Translations under genes and position numbers: made by a program
Part shown: positions 9,195 to 16,539 of the stretch, piece after piece
Position numbering within the stretch: position 1 is the stretch's first letter
Layout: each line of letters begins with the position of its first letter
Assembly (NCBI GenBank): GCA_028279725.1
Contig: JANQNE010000011.1
Coordinates: forward strand, 25,872 to 89,871
Direction of reading: 5' to 3'
Origin: Candidatus Nanoarchaeia archaeon
GTDB lineage: Archaea > Nanobdellota > Nanobdellia > Woesearchaeales > JANQNE01
Length of the DNA stretch: 64,000 nt
Notes under the pieces: model-generated
Told to the model about the DNA's origin: nothing
The model's database searches: none
Seen by the model: the letters and a program-made list of their open reading frames with translations, nothing else

Positions 9195-10107
9195 CCTTGT
9201 TTTTCCTCATTATCGAGAAAGTATATGTGTTGTATGTGCTTACTGGTTTAAATTTGTTCTTAAATTCAAGCAGGTCATCATCTGAACCGCCGAAATTGGC
9301 TTTATCGAAGCCCATCTTCTTTATCTCTATGAGGTCATATAGGTTTGTTATCTCTCCGAGTCCTTCAAATTTGTAGTTAAGCACACCTATGCCTGAATAA
9401 TATGTATTTGTGTTTGGAACTCTCCATCCTGCTGTTATCGAGCATGGAATTCCATCAACTATCAGTGTTTTTGCCATGTCACAGCCTGCGAAATCTGAAT
9501 CAACCATCCTAAAATAGCATTCTTTATAGGCAAAATCTTCTGCTCCTCTTTTATCTATCCAGTCTGTGATGATTTTCTTTAGTTCTTCTTTTGGAAGATC
9601 CAATGAATCTATTAGTTCAACTTTATGTTCTTCAAGGAATCTGTTCTTTATATTTCTTATCTTCTTCCATTTCTTTCCTTCAAGCTTATCTCCATCCCAT
9701 GTTTTCATATCATACATCGGCCATTCAAGCCTAAAGTTAAGCTGTCCTGATCTGAAGTCTGTGTTTTCAAGTTTTTCTTTCAGTTCTTTCCTGAATTTCT
9801 TGTCAACTTCTATCTGAAGCCTGTTAGCTTCGTCTTTGTTGAAAACATGATCTACAAACTTCATGAATGTTTCAAATTTCTCTTCTTTTGGAGCAAGGAC
9901 TTCAGATATCATATACCAAAGCTTGCCTGTCTTTGATTTTTGTGCAAGAACACCTTTGCTGTTATCAAAGCCTACAAATATAGGCATCTTTGCGCTTGTT
10001 GTCTGGTTCATATAGTGATGATAGTTATGTTCAGCATCATGGCCATGTATTTCAACAGCTTTTATTGCTTTTTCTTCAAATTCTTTCTTATCTGTCAATA
10101 CTTCCAA
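9184..10107 (-). CDS. standalone DUF2156 protein (MprF C-terminal aminoacyl-transferase-like), paralog 2
   Basis: GKKWKKIRNIKNRF, ITAGWRVPNTNTYYSGIG, GLGE and FGGSDDDLLEFKNKFKP match the LPG-synthase C-terminal pattern (xxFKxKFxP). No membrane domain. Confidence 0.55.
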   Translation of the reverse strand: MEVLTDKKEFEEKAIKAVEIHGHDAEHNYHHYMNQTTSAKMPIFVGFDNSKGVLAQKSKTGKLWYMISEVLAPKEEKFETFMKFVDHVFNKDEANRLQIEVDKKFRKELKEKLENTDFRSGQLNFRLEWPMYDMKTWDGDKLEGKKWKKIRNIKNRFLEEHKVELIDSLDLPKEELKKIITDWIDKRGAEDFAYKECYFRMVDSDFAGCDMAKTLIVDGIPCSITAGWRVPNTNTYYSGIGVLNYKFEGLGEITNLYDLIEIKKMGFDKANFGGSDDDLLEFKNKFKPVSTYNTYTFSIMRKNKDGI

Positions 10108-10119
10108 ACAAAAACACCC

Positions 10120-11034
10120 CTATTTCTTTGAGATTTTGAAAAAATAATACTTTTCCATACTATGTGGATTAAATTTCAGCTTGAAATTTAATAAGTTTTT
10201 CTTTTCAGAGCCTCCAAAATCGACAAAATCATATTTTTTTTCTTTTAACTGCTTTAGATCATCCACGTAAGCAACTTCTCCAAGTCCTTTGTGTTTGTAA
10301 TTGTGGATTCCTATGGATGAATAGTATGTGTTTGTATTGGGAATTCTCCATCCTGCTGTTATTGCACATGGTTCATCATTAACATAGATTATTCTTGTCA
10401 TATCACATCCTTTGAAGTCGTTCTCTACAAAGTTGAGGAATGTAGGGGCCCATGCTTTTGCTACAGTGCTTTTTCTTGTCTTTTCCCAGTCTTCGATTAC
10501 TTTTTTTATCAGTTCTTTGTCTTCTTTTTTGTATTCTTTTATCTCTATTCTGTTTTCATTGAAGAATGTGTTTTTGATGTTTCTTATCTTCTTCCAGTCT
10601 TTTCCTGGCAAAGAAGAGTCAAAATCATTCATATTGAATACTGGAGAGTCAAAGATCCTTGAAGGTTTATGGATGTTGTACTTTTCCTGGCTGATCTTGT
10701 TAAGAAATTTTCTTCTGAACTCTTTTTCTAATGTTAGGAATATCTTGTCTGATGATCTTAATGAATGTTCTATGAAGTTCAGCAGAAGGTCTAATTGTTT
10801 TTCTTTTGGAGCTAAAACATCTGAGATGATCTCATATTCATTATCATCTTCATAGTAAAGGGCGAAGACTCCATATTTTTCTTCAAAGATGAAGAAAGTC
10901 GGTATAACTCCTTCTTCTTTCATGTTATAATAATACCAGAAATTGTGTTCAGACATATTACCATAGCTGGAGATAAGCTGTTCAATAAGTTCCTTGCTTT
11001 CTAATATATTATTTATGACCCTCACGTTGATCAA
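10120..11034 (-). CDS. standalone DUF2156 protein (MprF C-terminal aminoacyl-transferase-like), paralog 1
   Basis: Shares VLAPKE, DWKKIRNIKN, GCDM, ITAGWRIPNTNTYYSSIG, GLGE and FGGS...FKLKFNP with the adjacent paralog. Confidence 0.55.
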   Translation of the reverse strand: MINVRVINNILESKELIEQLISSYGNMSEHNFWYYYNMKEEGVIPTFFIFEEKYGVFALYYEDDNEYEIISDVLAPKEKQLDLLLNFIEHSLRSSDKIFLTLEKEFRRKFLNKISQEKYNIHKPSRIFDSPVFNMNDFDSSLPGKDWKKIRNIKNTFFNENRIEIKEYKKEDKELIKKVIEDWEKTRKSTVAKAWAPTFLNFVENDFKGCDMTRIIYVNDEPCAITAGWRIPNTNTYYSSIGIHNYKHKGLGEVAYVDDLKQLKEKKYDFVDFGGSEKKNLLNFKLKFNPHSMEKYYFFKISKK

Positions 11035-11070
11035 GAAGAAGTTGTTATATTTAAATTATTAGATTCTCAA

Positions 11071-11163
11071 TGTATAACACGCTACGTTCTATTCTGGAAT
11101 GGATCTGTTTCAGATTCTAGTATTTTTATAACTCTGTCCGAGAACTTCGCTTGGTGTTATGCA
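11071..11163. ncRNA. conserved ~95-nt hairpin element, copy A (candidate structured RNA)
   Basis: Homologous to 48762-48857 and 59004-59098. 10-bp closing helix TGTATAACAC:GTGTTATGCA, inner helix GTTCT:AGAAC, conserved blocks GCTACGT, TTTCAGATTCTAGT and GAGAACTTCGCTTG. Confidence 0.6.
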
Positions 11164-11171
11164 CTTTAGGA

Positions 11172-12215
11172 TTAAGAATAACTGGTTTCTTCAGCTTTCT
11201 GCTGAGCTTCTATCAAAGGACCAAGTTTTTCTCTTAGGTTATGTCTTTCTATTGCACAATCAAGGATCTTCTGTATCATCTCATGATATTCTAATCCTAT
11301 TGACTGGGCTGCCATCGGTGTTGAGCAATCACAAGAGATTCCTGGATTTGGATTCATCTCTAAAACATAAGGGATGTTGTTTTCGCTTAATCTTATGTCA
11401 ACTCTTCCGTAATCCCTTACATCTAATAACCTGTATAGTTCTGCTGCAACTCTTTTGATCTTTGATTCTACATATTTAGGGATATCATCTGGCTGCCTGT
11501 AGTCTGCATTCTTGTATAATTCACTTTTTTCATCCCATTTAGCTTCATAAGAGAAGATTCTCATAGGGTCTGGAGTTAAGTTCTTGAAAGAAACTTCCAT
11601 AATTGGCAAGCTTATGAGGTTGCTTCCATTTCCAAGGACTCCAACATCAAGATCTCTTCCTCTGATATATTCTTCAACCAATGCAGGCTGATTGTATACT
11701 CTGTTTATGAATCCAACTCTTGACTGCAGCTCTTTTTCATTTCTTACTATTGCATCTGAGCTGATACCTATGCTGTTGTCCATCCTTGATGGCTTTACTA
11801 TCAAAGGAAAATGCAGATCAGGATCAAGTTTCTTGTTTCTTGAGTAAAATATCTGCCATTTTGGTGTTGGAATGCCATGATGCATCATTATCTCTTTTAC
11901 CCTAGCCTTATTCATACAAAGAGCCAGGCTTAAAGGACCAGAACCAGTATATGGTATATCTAACAGTTCAAGCATAGCTGCAACATGAGGCTCATGGAAC
12001 GAGTTTCCGTTGAATCTTTCGCAAACATTGAAAGCTATGTCAACATTTGCTCTTGACAGCTTACCAAATGTCTGTTCATTGACATCAAAGAACTCAACAT
12101 CATGGTTATTCTTCTTCAATGCTTCATGAACAAGGTTTCCAACCTTGAAAAGATCATTCTCAACTTCCTTATTTGAATATTCTTTAAAGATGTTAGAAAG
12201 AACAGCTACTTTCAT
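11172..12215 (-). CDS. D-alanine--D-alanine ligase family ATP-grasp enzyme
   Basis: N-terminal Rossmann-like MKVAVLSN, HEPHVAAMLELLDIPYTGSGPLSLALCMNKARVKEIM, FPLIVKPSRMDNSIGIS, EEYIRGRDLDVGVLGN, GRVDIRL...YVLEMNPNPG. Ddl-type ATP-grasp order. Confidence 0.7.
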   Translation of the reverse strand: MKVAVLSNIFKEYSNKEVENDLFKVGNLVHEALKKNNHDVEFFDVNEQTFGKLSRANVDIAFNVCERFNGNSFHEPHVAAMLELLDIPYTGSGPLSLALCMNKARVKEIMMHHGIPTPKWQIFYSRNKKLDPDLHFPLIVKPSRMDNSIGISSDAIVRNEKELQSRVGFINRVYNQPALVEEYIRGRDLDVGVLGNGSNLISLPIMEVSFKNLTPDPMRIFSYEAKWDEKSELYKNADYRQPDDIPKYVESKIKRVAAELYRLLDVRDYGRVDIRLSENNIPYVLEMNPNPGISCDCSTPMAAQSIGLEYHEMIQKILDCAIERHNLREKLGPLIEAQQKAEETSYS

Positions 12216-12428
12216 TTAGCACTGCACCCCTGTAGAAAACAACAACACACCATCTTTTTTTTGTTTTAGGTAAAAAAACATTCGGTTTATCACCAGTTTT
12301 TTATTTTTTTTATTTGTTAATGCAATTATATACTTTTTTATTTATAAATGTTATGTTTTTTGTTATTTTTTTAGAAATTTTTCTATAAAAAAGTTTTTTT
12401 AGTCTTATTCTTTTGTTTTTTATTTTGT

Positions 12429-12441
12429 TTTTTATCGTCGA
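12429..12441. promoter_or_regulatory. TTTTTATCGTCGA motif, copy 1
   Basis: One of two identical 13-mers; they are the only G/C islands in the T-rich tract. Confidence 0.3.
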
Positions 12442-12566
12442 GAAAATAACTTTTTTATGTTTTTGCTTTATTTTTTTACTTAATCTTGTTTTTTTGTTAG
12501 TTTTTGTAAAAAATTGCAAAAAAAGAAATTTTTAGTTTACTTTTTTTGGTAAAAATTTTTGTTTTA

Positions 12567-12581
12567 TTTTTATCGTCGATA
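12567..12581. promoter_or_regulatory. TTTTTATCGTCGA motif, copy 2 (perfect palindrome TATCG-T-CGATA)
   Basis: Identical 13-mer, 138 bp from copy 1. TATCGTCGATA (12571-12581) has 5-bp inverted arms. Confidence 0.3.
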
Positions 12582-12866
12582 AAAAGTTTAGGAATTTTTT
12601 AGAAAAAATTTATTTTTTTAATTTTTGTTTAATTTTTTAGATTTTGTGATTATTTTTTCATCTTTTATTTTCTTTTTATTTTTTTCAAAGAATAGTTTGA
12701 TTTTACTTATTGGATGTTGTTTTTTTGTTTGATTTCTGATGATTAGAAAACATTGGGTTTTCTAGCGTTTATTTGCTAAACTTTCAGAAAAAATTATACA
12801 TTATCAGAAAAGTTTATAAAGAGATTTAGGATATATTTCGCTATAAAACCAAAAAGGGGTATTACT

Positions 12867-13211
12867 ATGGCTGCAAAACAAAAAATAATAGGGCTTACTG
12901 AAAAAGTACTGGTCTATGGCCAGAATAAAAAGAAAAATGTTGTCGCTAGGATAGATACTGGAGCGACAAAGTCTTCTATCGATGTAAAATTAGCTGCTGA
13001 GCTGCAGTTAGGTCCTATATACAGGACTAAATTAGTCAAGTCTACCCATGGTAATACATTAAGGCCTGTTGTTGAGATGAACATAAGACTTTCTGGGGTG
13101 GAATTAAGGTCAGATTTTACGATAGCTGACAGAACTGATATGAAATATCAGATATTGGTCGGCCAGAATATATTGAAAGAGGGAAATTTTTTGGTTAATC
13201 CTAAAAAATGA
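12867..13211 (+). CDS. retropepsin-like aspartic protease domain protein (RimK-associated, DUF785/Zn_protease-like)
   Basis: ARIDTGATKSSID (D-T-G-A active-site signature). 114 aa. Overlaps the rimK-like start by 4 nt. Confidence 0.6.
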   Translation: MAAKQKIIGLTEKVLVYGQNKKKNVVARIDTGATKSSIDVKLAAELQLGPIYRTKLVKSTHGNTLRPVVEMNIRLSGVELRSDFTIADRTDMKYQILVGQNILKEGNFLVNPKK

Positions 13212-14311
13212 AAGCTGCATTAATCAGTCTAGGAAGCAAGAGCTCTCAATTTACAGCTGAAGCTATGAAGAATTACTTTGATGAAGTTGATGATCTTGAT
13301 ATAAAGAATATAGAAGTTAATTTTGGTGTTAAGGAGCTTGAACTATTATATAATGGAGAGCCTTTGAAGGATTATGACTGTGTCTATGCAAAAGGATCTT
13401 TCAGATATTCACCTTTGCTTGCGTCAATAACATCTGTATTGGCTAAGAAAGATATATATCTGCCGATAAGCGCAGATTCTTTTACTATAAGCCATGATAA
13501 GCTGCTTACACAGATAGAGCTTCAGAAGAACAAGATACCTATGCCTAAAACATATCTTTCTTCTACACCTGAAGCTGCAAGGGAGCTGTTAGAGAAGGTC
13601 AATTATCCTATAATCATGAAGTTTCCGCAGGGAACACAAGGGAAAGGGGTGATGGTCGCTGATTCTTTTGCTTCAGCATCTTCAATGCTTGATGCTTTGT
13701 CAGCTTTGAGACAGCCTTTTTTGATACAGGAATATATAGAGACAGGCGGAATCGATATAAGAGCGATAGTTGTGGGAAAGAAAGTTGTTGCAGCGATGAA
13801 AAGAAAGGCAGAAGGGGAAGAGAAGAGAGCAAATATACATGCAGGCGGTAAAGCAGAGCCTTGCCAGCTGGATGCTCACACTAAAAAGATCGCTATAGAT
13901 ACTGCAAAGGCAGTTGGTGCAGAGATATGCGGTGTTGATATATTAGAAAGTGCTAAGGGTCCTGTTGTCATTGAGGTGAATATATCTCCTGGGCTGCAGG
14001 GAATAATGGCTGCAACTAAGGTTAATGTTGCTGACAAGATAGCAAAATATCTTTATGAAGTTTCCAAGAAGAGATCTGAAGGGGATAAAAAAGAGTCAGC
14101 ATCAAAGATACTGAGCGATCTTGGTGTTGAAGAGGCAACAAAGACATCAAAAGATATAATGACGACCCTTGATTTCAGAGGAAAGAGGGTGTTGCTGCCT
14201 GAAGTTGTAACCAATCTTACTAAGTTTGATGATACGCAGGATGTTGTGATAAGTGCTGACAAAGGAAAGCTTGAGATAAAGAAGCTTATCATCGGCGCTA
14301 AGAAGAAATAA
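13208..14311 (+). CDS. rimK: RimK-family alpha-L-glutamate ligase (ATP-grasp) with a C-terminal extension of roughly 80 aa
   Basis: YPIIMKFPQGTQGKGVMV, FLIQEYIETGGIDIRAIVVG, RANIHAGG and CGVDILES..GPVVIEVNISPG follow the RimK/LysX pattern. Confidence 0.75.
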   Translation: MKAALISLGSKSSQFTAEAMKNYFDEVDDLDIKNIEVNFGVKELELLYNGEPLKDYDCVYAKGSFRYSPLLASITSVLAKKDIYLPISADSFTISHDKLLTQIELQKNKIPMPKTYLSSTPEAARELLEKVNYPIIMKFPQGTQGKGVMVADSFASASSMLDALSALRQPFLIQEYIETGGIDIRAIVVGKKVVAAMKRKAEGEEKRANIHAGGKAEPCQLDAHTKKIAIDTAKAVGAEICGVDILESAKGPVVIEVNISPGLQGIMAATKVNVADKIAKYLYEVSKKRSEGDKKESASKILSDLGVEEATKTSKDIMTTLDFRGKRVLLPEVVTNLTKFDDTQDVVISADKGKLEIKKLIIGAKKK

Positions 14312-14342
14312 CTTTTTAAATAGAGAGTTCTTGTTTTGTCCT

Positions 14343-16424
14343 ATGTGTGGGATTATAGGGATATTTAACCATAAGGATGCTAAGAAGCTAGCTAAGAAGG
14401 GGCTGTCTAAGATATTATACAGGGGAAAGGACAGTAATGGCCTCTTTAGTTCTGAGAATTGCTGTATCGGACATTGCCTGCATTCTGTAGTTAATTTTGT
14501 TGAACAGCCTTTCAAAGGAAAAGGTGTGCTGATCGTAAATTGCGAGCTGTATAATTGGGAAGAGCTTAACGATAAATATAAGTTTAAGGCAAGGAATGAT
14601 TCTGAATTACTTTTTATGTTGTTGGAGAAGAAAGGAGTTTCAAAGATCAAAGAGATATTAGATGAGCTGGATGGTGTTTATTCTTTCTGCTATTGGATTG
14701 ATGATAAAGTTTATGTTGCGAGAGATATAATCGGTGTAAAGCCATTATGGTTCTCTAAGTATGAGCATCTTGGTTTTGCTTCTGAGAAAAAGGCATTGAA
14801 AGAGATAGGAATGTTTGATGCTGAGGAACTAAATCCCAGGAAGATATTAGTTTATGATGTGAAGAAGAATAAGGTTGAATTTATCGAGAGGGATTTTTTA
14901 AAGATAACACCTGAATTGAAGTGTAAATATGAAAAGATAAAGAAAGAGCTGACTGGGCTTGTTGTTAATTCTATCTCTAAAAGGATACCTGATCAGAAGT
15001 TTGGGATATTGTTTTCCGGAGGGATTGACTCTGGTCTGATCGCACATGCATGTAAAGAATTAGGTGTTGATTTTACATGCTATACTGCTGCTTTGAAAGA
15101 AAAAGGGATGGGAGAAGCAGAAGATATGGTCTATGCTAAGAAAGTTGCTGATAAATTAGGATTCAGGCTAAAGACAAAGACAATTTCTCTTAAAGAAACT
15201 GAAAAGTATCTGAAAAAAGTAGTTCCTTTGATAGAAGATTCCAATGTTGTTAAAGTTGGAGTGGGATTGACTTTCTATGTTGCATGTGAGATGGCTAAGA
15301 AAGATGGGATCAAAGTTATATTTTCCGGACTTGGATCTGAGGAGCTGTTTGCCGGCTATGAAAGGCATAGGAAAAGTGATCTGATAAACAAAGAATGCCT
15401 TTCTGGAGTCATTAAGATATATGAAAGGGATCTTTATAGGGATGATGTTATTGCGATGGCAAACAATCTTGAGCTTAGGCTTCCTTTTCTGGATAAGAAG
15501 CTTACTAGTTATGCACTGAAGATTCCTGCTAAATACAAGATAAAAGATGGGTTGACTAAAGTTGTTCTCCGTGATGTTGCTGTTGGTCTTGGTTATGATA
15601 AAGAATTTGCATCTAGAAGGAAGAAAGCTGCGCAGTATGGAAGCAAGTTTGACAGAGCGATAGCTAAACTTGCTAAGAGAAAAGGATTTAACCTTAAATC
15701 AGAATATTTGAGGACCTTTTATCCGGAAGTTAATCTTAAGCTAGGTGTGTTGTTCAGTTCTGGGAAAGACAGCTGCTATGCGATGCATGTTATGAAAAGA
15801 CAGAATTATGAGATAAGCTGCCTGATAACATTAAAGAGCAAAAATAAAGATTCTTATATGTTTCATACGCCTGCTATCGAGCTTGCTGAAGTGCAGGCGA
15901 AGGCGATGGAATTACCTATAATAGAACAGGAGACTGCAGGTGTTAAGGAAAAAGAGCTTGCTGATCTGAAGAAGGCATTAGCTGCTGCAAAGAAAGAGCA
16001 TAAGATAGAAGGTGTTGTGACCGGAGCATTATTTTCTAAATATCAGCGTGAAAGGATAGAGAAGGTTGCTGATAGTCTTGGGTTAAAGATATTTTCTCCT
16101 TTGTGGCATATGGATCAGGAGACTGAGCTTAAAAGTTTGGTGAGAGAAGGATTTGATGTTATTATCAGCTCTATAGCTGGTTATGGCATGGAAACAAAAG
16201 ATATAGGAAAGAGGATTGATGATAAGATGATCTCGAAATTGAGAAGGTTAAAAGATAAGATCGGGTTTAATGTAGCTGGAGAAGGCGGAGAGTTTGAGAG
16301 CTTTGTCCTTGATGGGCCTATGTTTAAGAAGAGATTGGAGATTGTTGATAGCCAGAGAGCTATAGAGAATGAATGTACTGGCAGGATGCTGATCAAGAAG
16401 ATTAAATTAGTCGACAAGAAATAG
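14343..16424 (+). CDS. fusion protein: glutamine-hydrolysing asparagine synthase-like (N) + diphthine-ammonia ligase Dph6/MJ0570-like PP-loop domain (C)
   Basis: Start set at MCGIIG (Ntn Cys2), with TATA ctttttaaata about 25 nt upstream. AsnB PP-loop ILFSGGIDSG. C-terminal LGVLFSSGKDSCYAM and VAGEGGEFESFVLDGPMF are Dph6 signatures. Confidence 0.75.
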   Translation: MCGIIGIFNHKDAKKLAKKGLSKILYRGKDSNGLFSSENCCIGHCLHSVVNFVEQPFKGKGVLIVNCELYNWEELNDKYKFKARNDSELLFMLLEKKGVSKIKEILDELDGVYSFCYWIDDKVYVARDIIGVKPLWFSKYEHLGFASEKKALKEIGMFDAEELNPRKILVYDVKKNKVEFIERDFLKITPELKCKYEKIKKELTGLVVNSISKRIPDQKFGILFSGGIDSGLIAHACKELGVDFTCYTAALKEKGMGEAEDMVYAKKVADKLGFRLKTKTISLKETEKYLKKVVPLIEDSNVVKVGVGLTFYVACEMAKKDGIKVIFSGLGSEELFAGYERHRKSDLINKECLSGVIKIYERDLYRDDVIAMANNLELRLPFLDKKLTSYALKIPAKYKIKDGLTKVVLRDVAVGLGYDKEFASRRKKAAQYGSKFDRAIAKLAKRKGFNLKSEYLRTFYPEVNLKLGVLFSSGKDSCYAMHVMKRQNYEISCLITLKSKNKDSYMFHTPAIELAEVQAKAMELPIIEQETAGVKEKELADLKKALAAAKKEHKIEGVVTGALFSKYQRERIEKVADSLGLKIFSPLWHMDQETELKSLVREGFDVIISSIAGYGMETKDIGKRIDDKMISKLRRLKDKIGFNVAGEGGEFESFVLDGPMFKKRLEIVDSQRAIENECTGRMLIKKIKLVDKK

Positions 16425-16539
16425 TTACCAACTCGAGACGAAGTATACATTTCCTAGATATTATACAACAGAAACATATTTAAATAACTTGCAATTTTGT
16501 TTTTTATGGTATACATGCTAAATTTTGAGGGGGTTTTGA

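Larger units (their letters stand above)
12216..12866. other. unusually long poly-T-rich intergenic region (divergent promoter region)
   Basis: About 650 bp without a credible ORF in an otherwise tightly packed window. Long T runs on the plus strand. It lies between divergently transcribed operons. Confidence 0.7.

Noticed and set aside
11159-11458. 99-aa plus-strand ORF starting at the ATGCAC end of hairpin element copy A.
   Set aside because: It is antisense to the well-supported Ddl-like gene. The ATG is part of the conserved RNA-element helix, and copy B has the same ATGCAC without a following ORF.
12310-12519. 69-aa Lys-rich ORF on the minus strand of the poly-T intergenic tract.
   Set aside because: It is a translation of poly-A/T low-complexity DNA (a run of K, I, N and F codons). 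It has no SD or TATA context, so it is almost certainly not a gene.
12216-12866. CRISPR array or tandem-repeat locus in the T-rich tract.
   Set aside because: Only two copies of a 13-mer, with non-unique T-rich sequence between them. There is no regular repeat-spacer periodicity and there are no cas genes.
16425-16539. Direct and palindromic GTATACAT repeats upstream of guaB as another structured element.
   Set aside because: Only a self-complementary 6-mer occurs twice. There is no extended helix and no similarity to the three-copy element.
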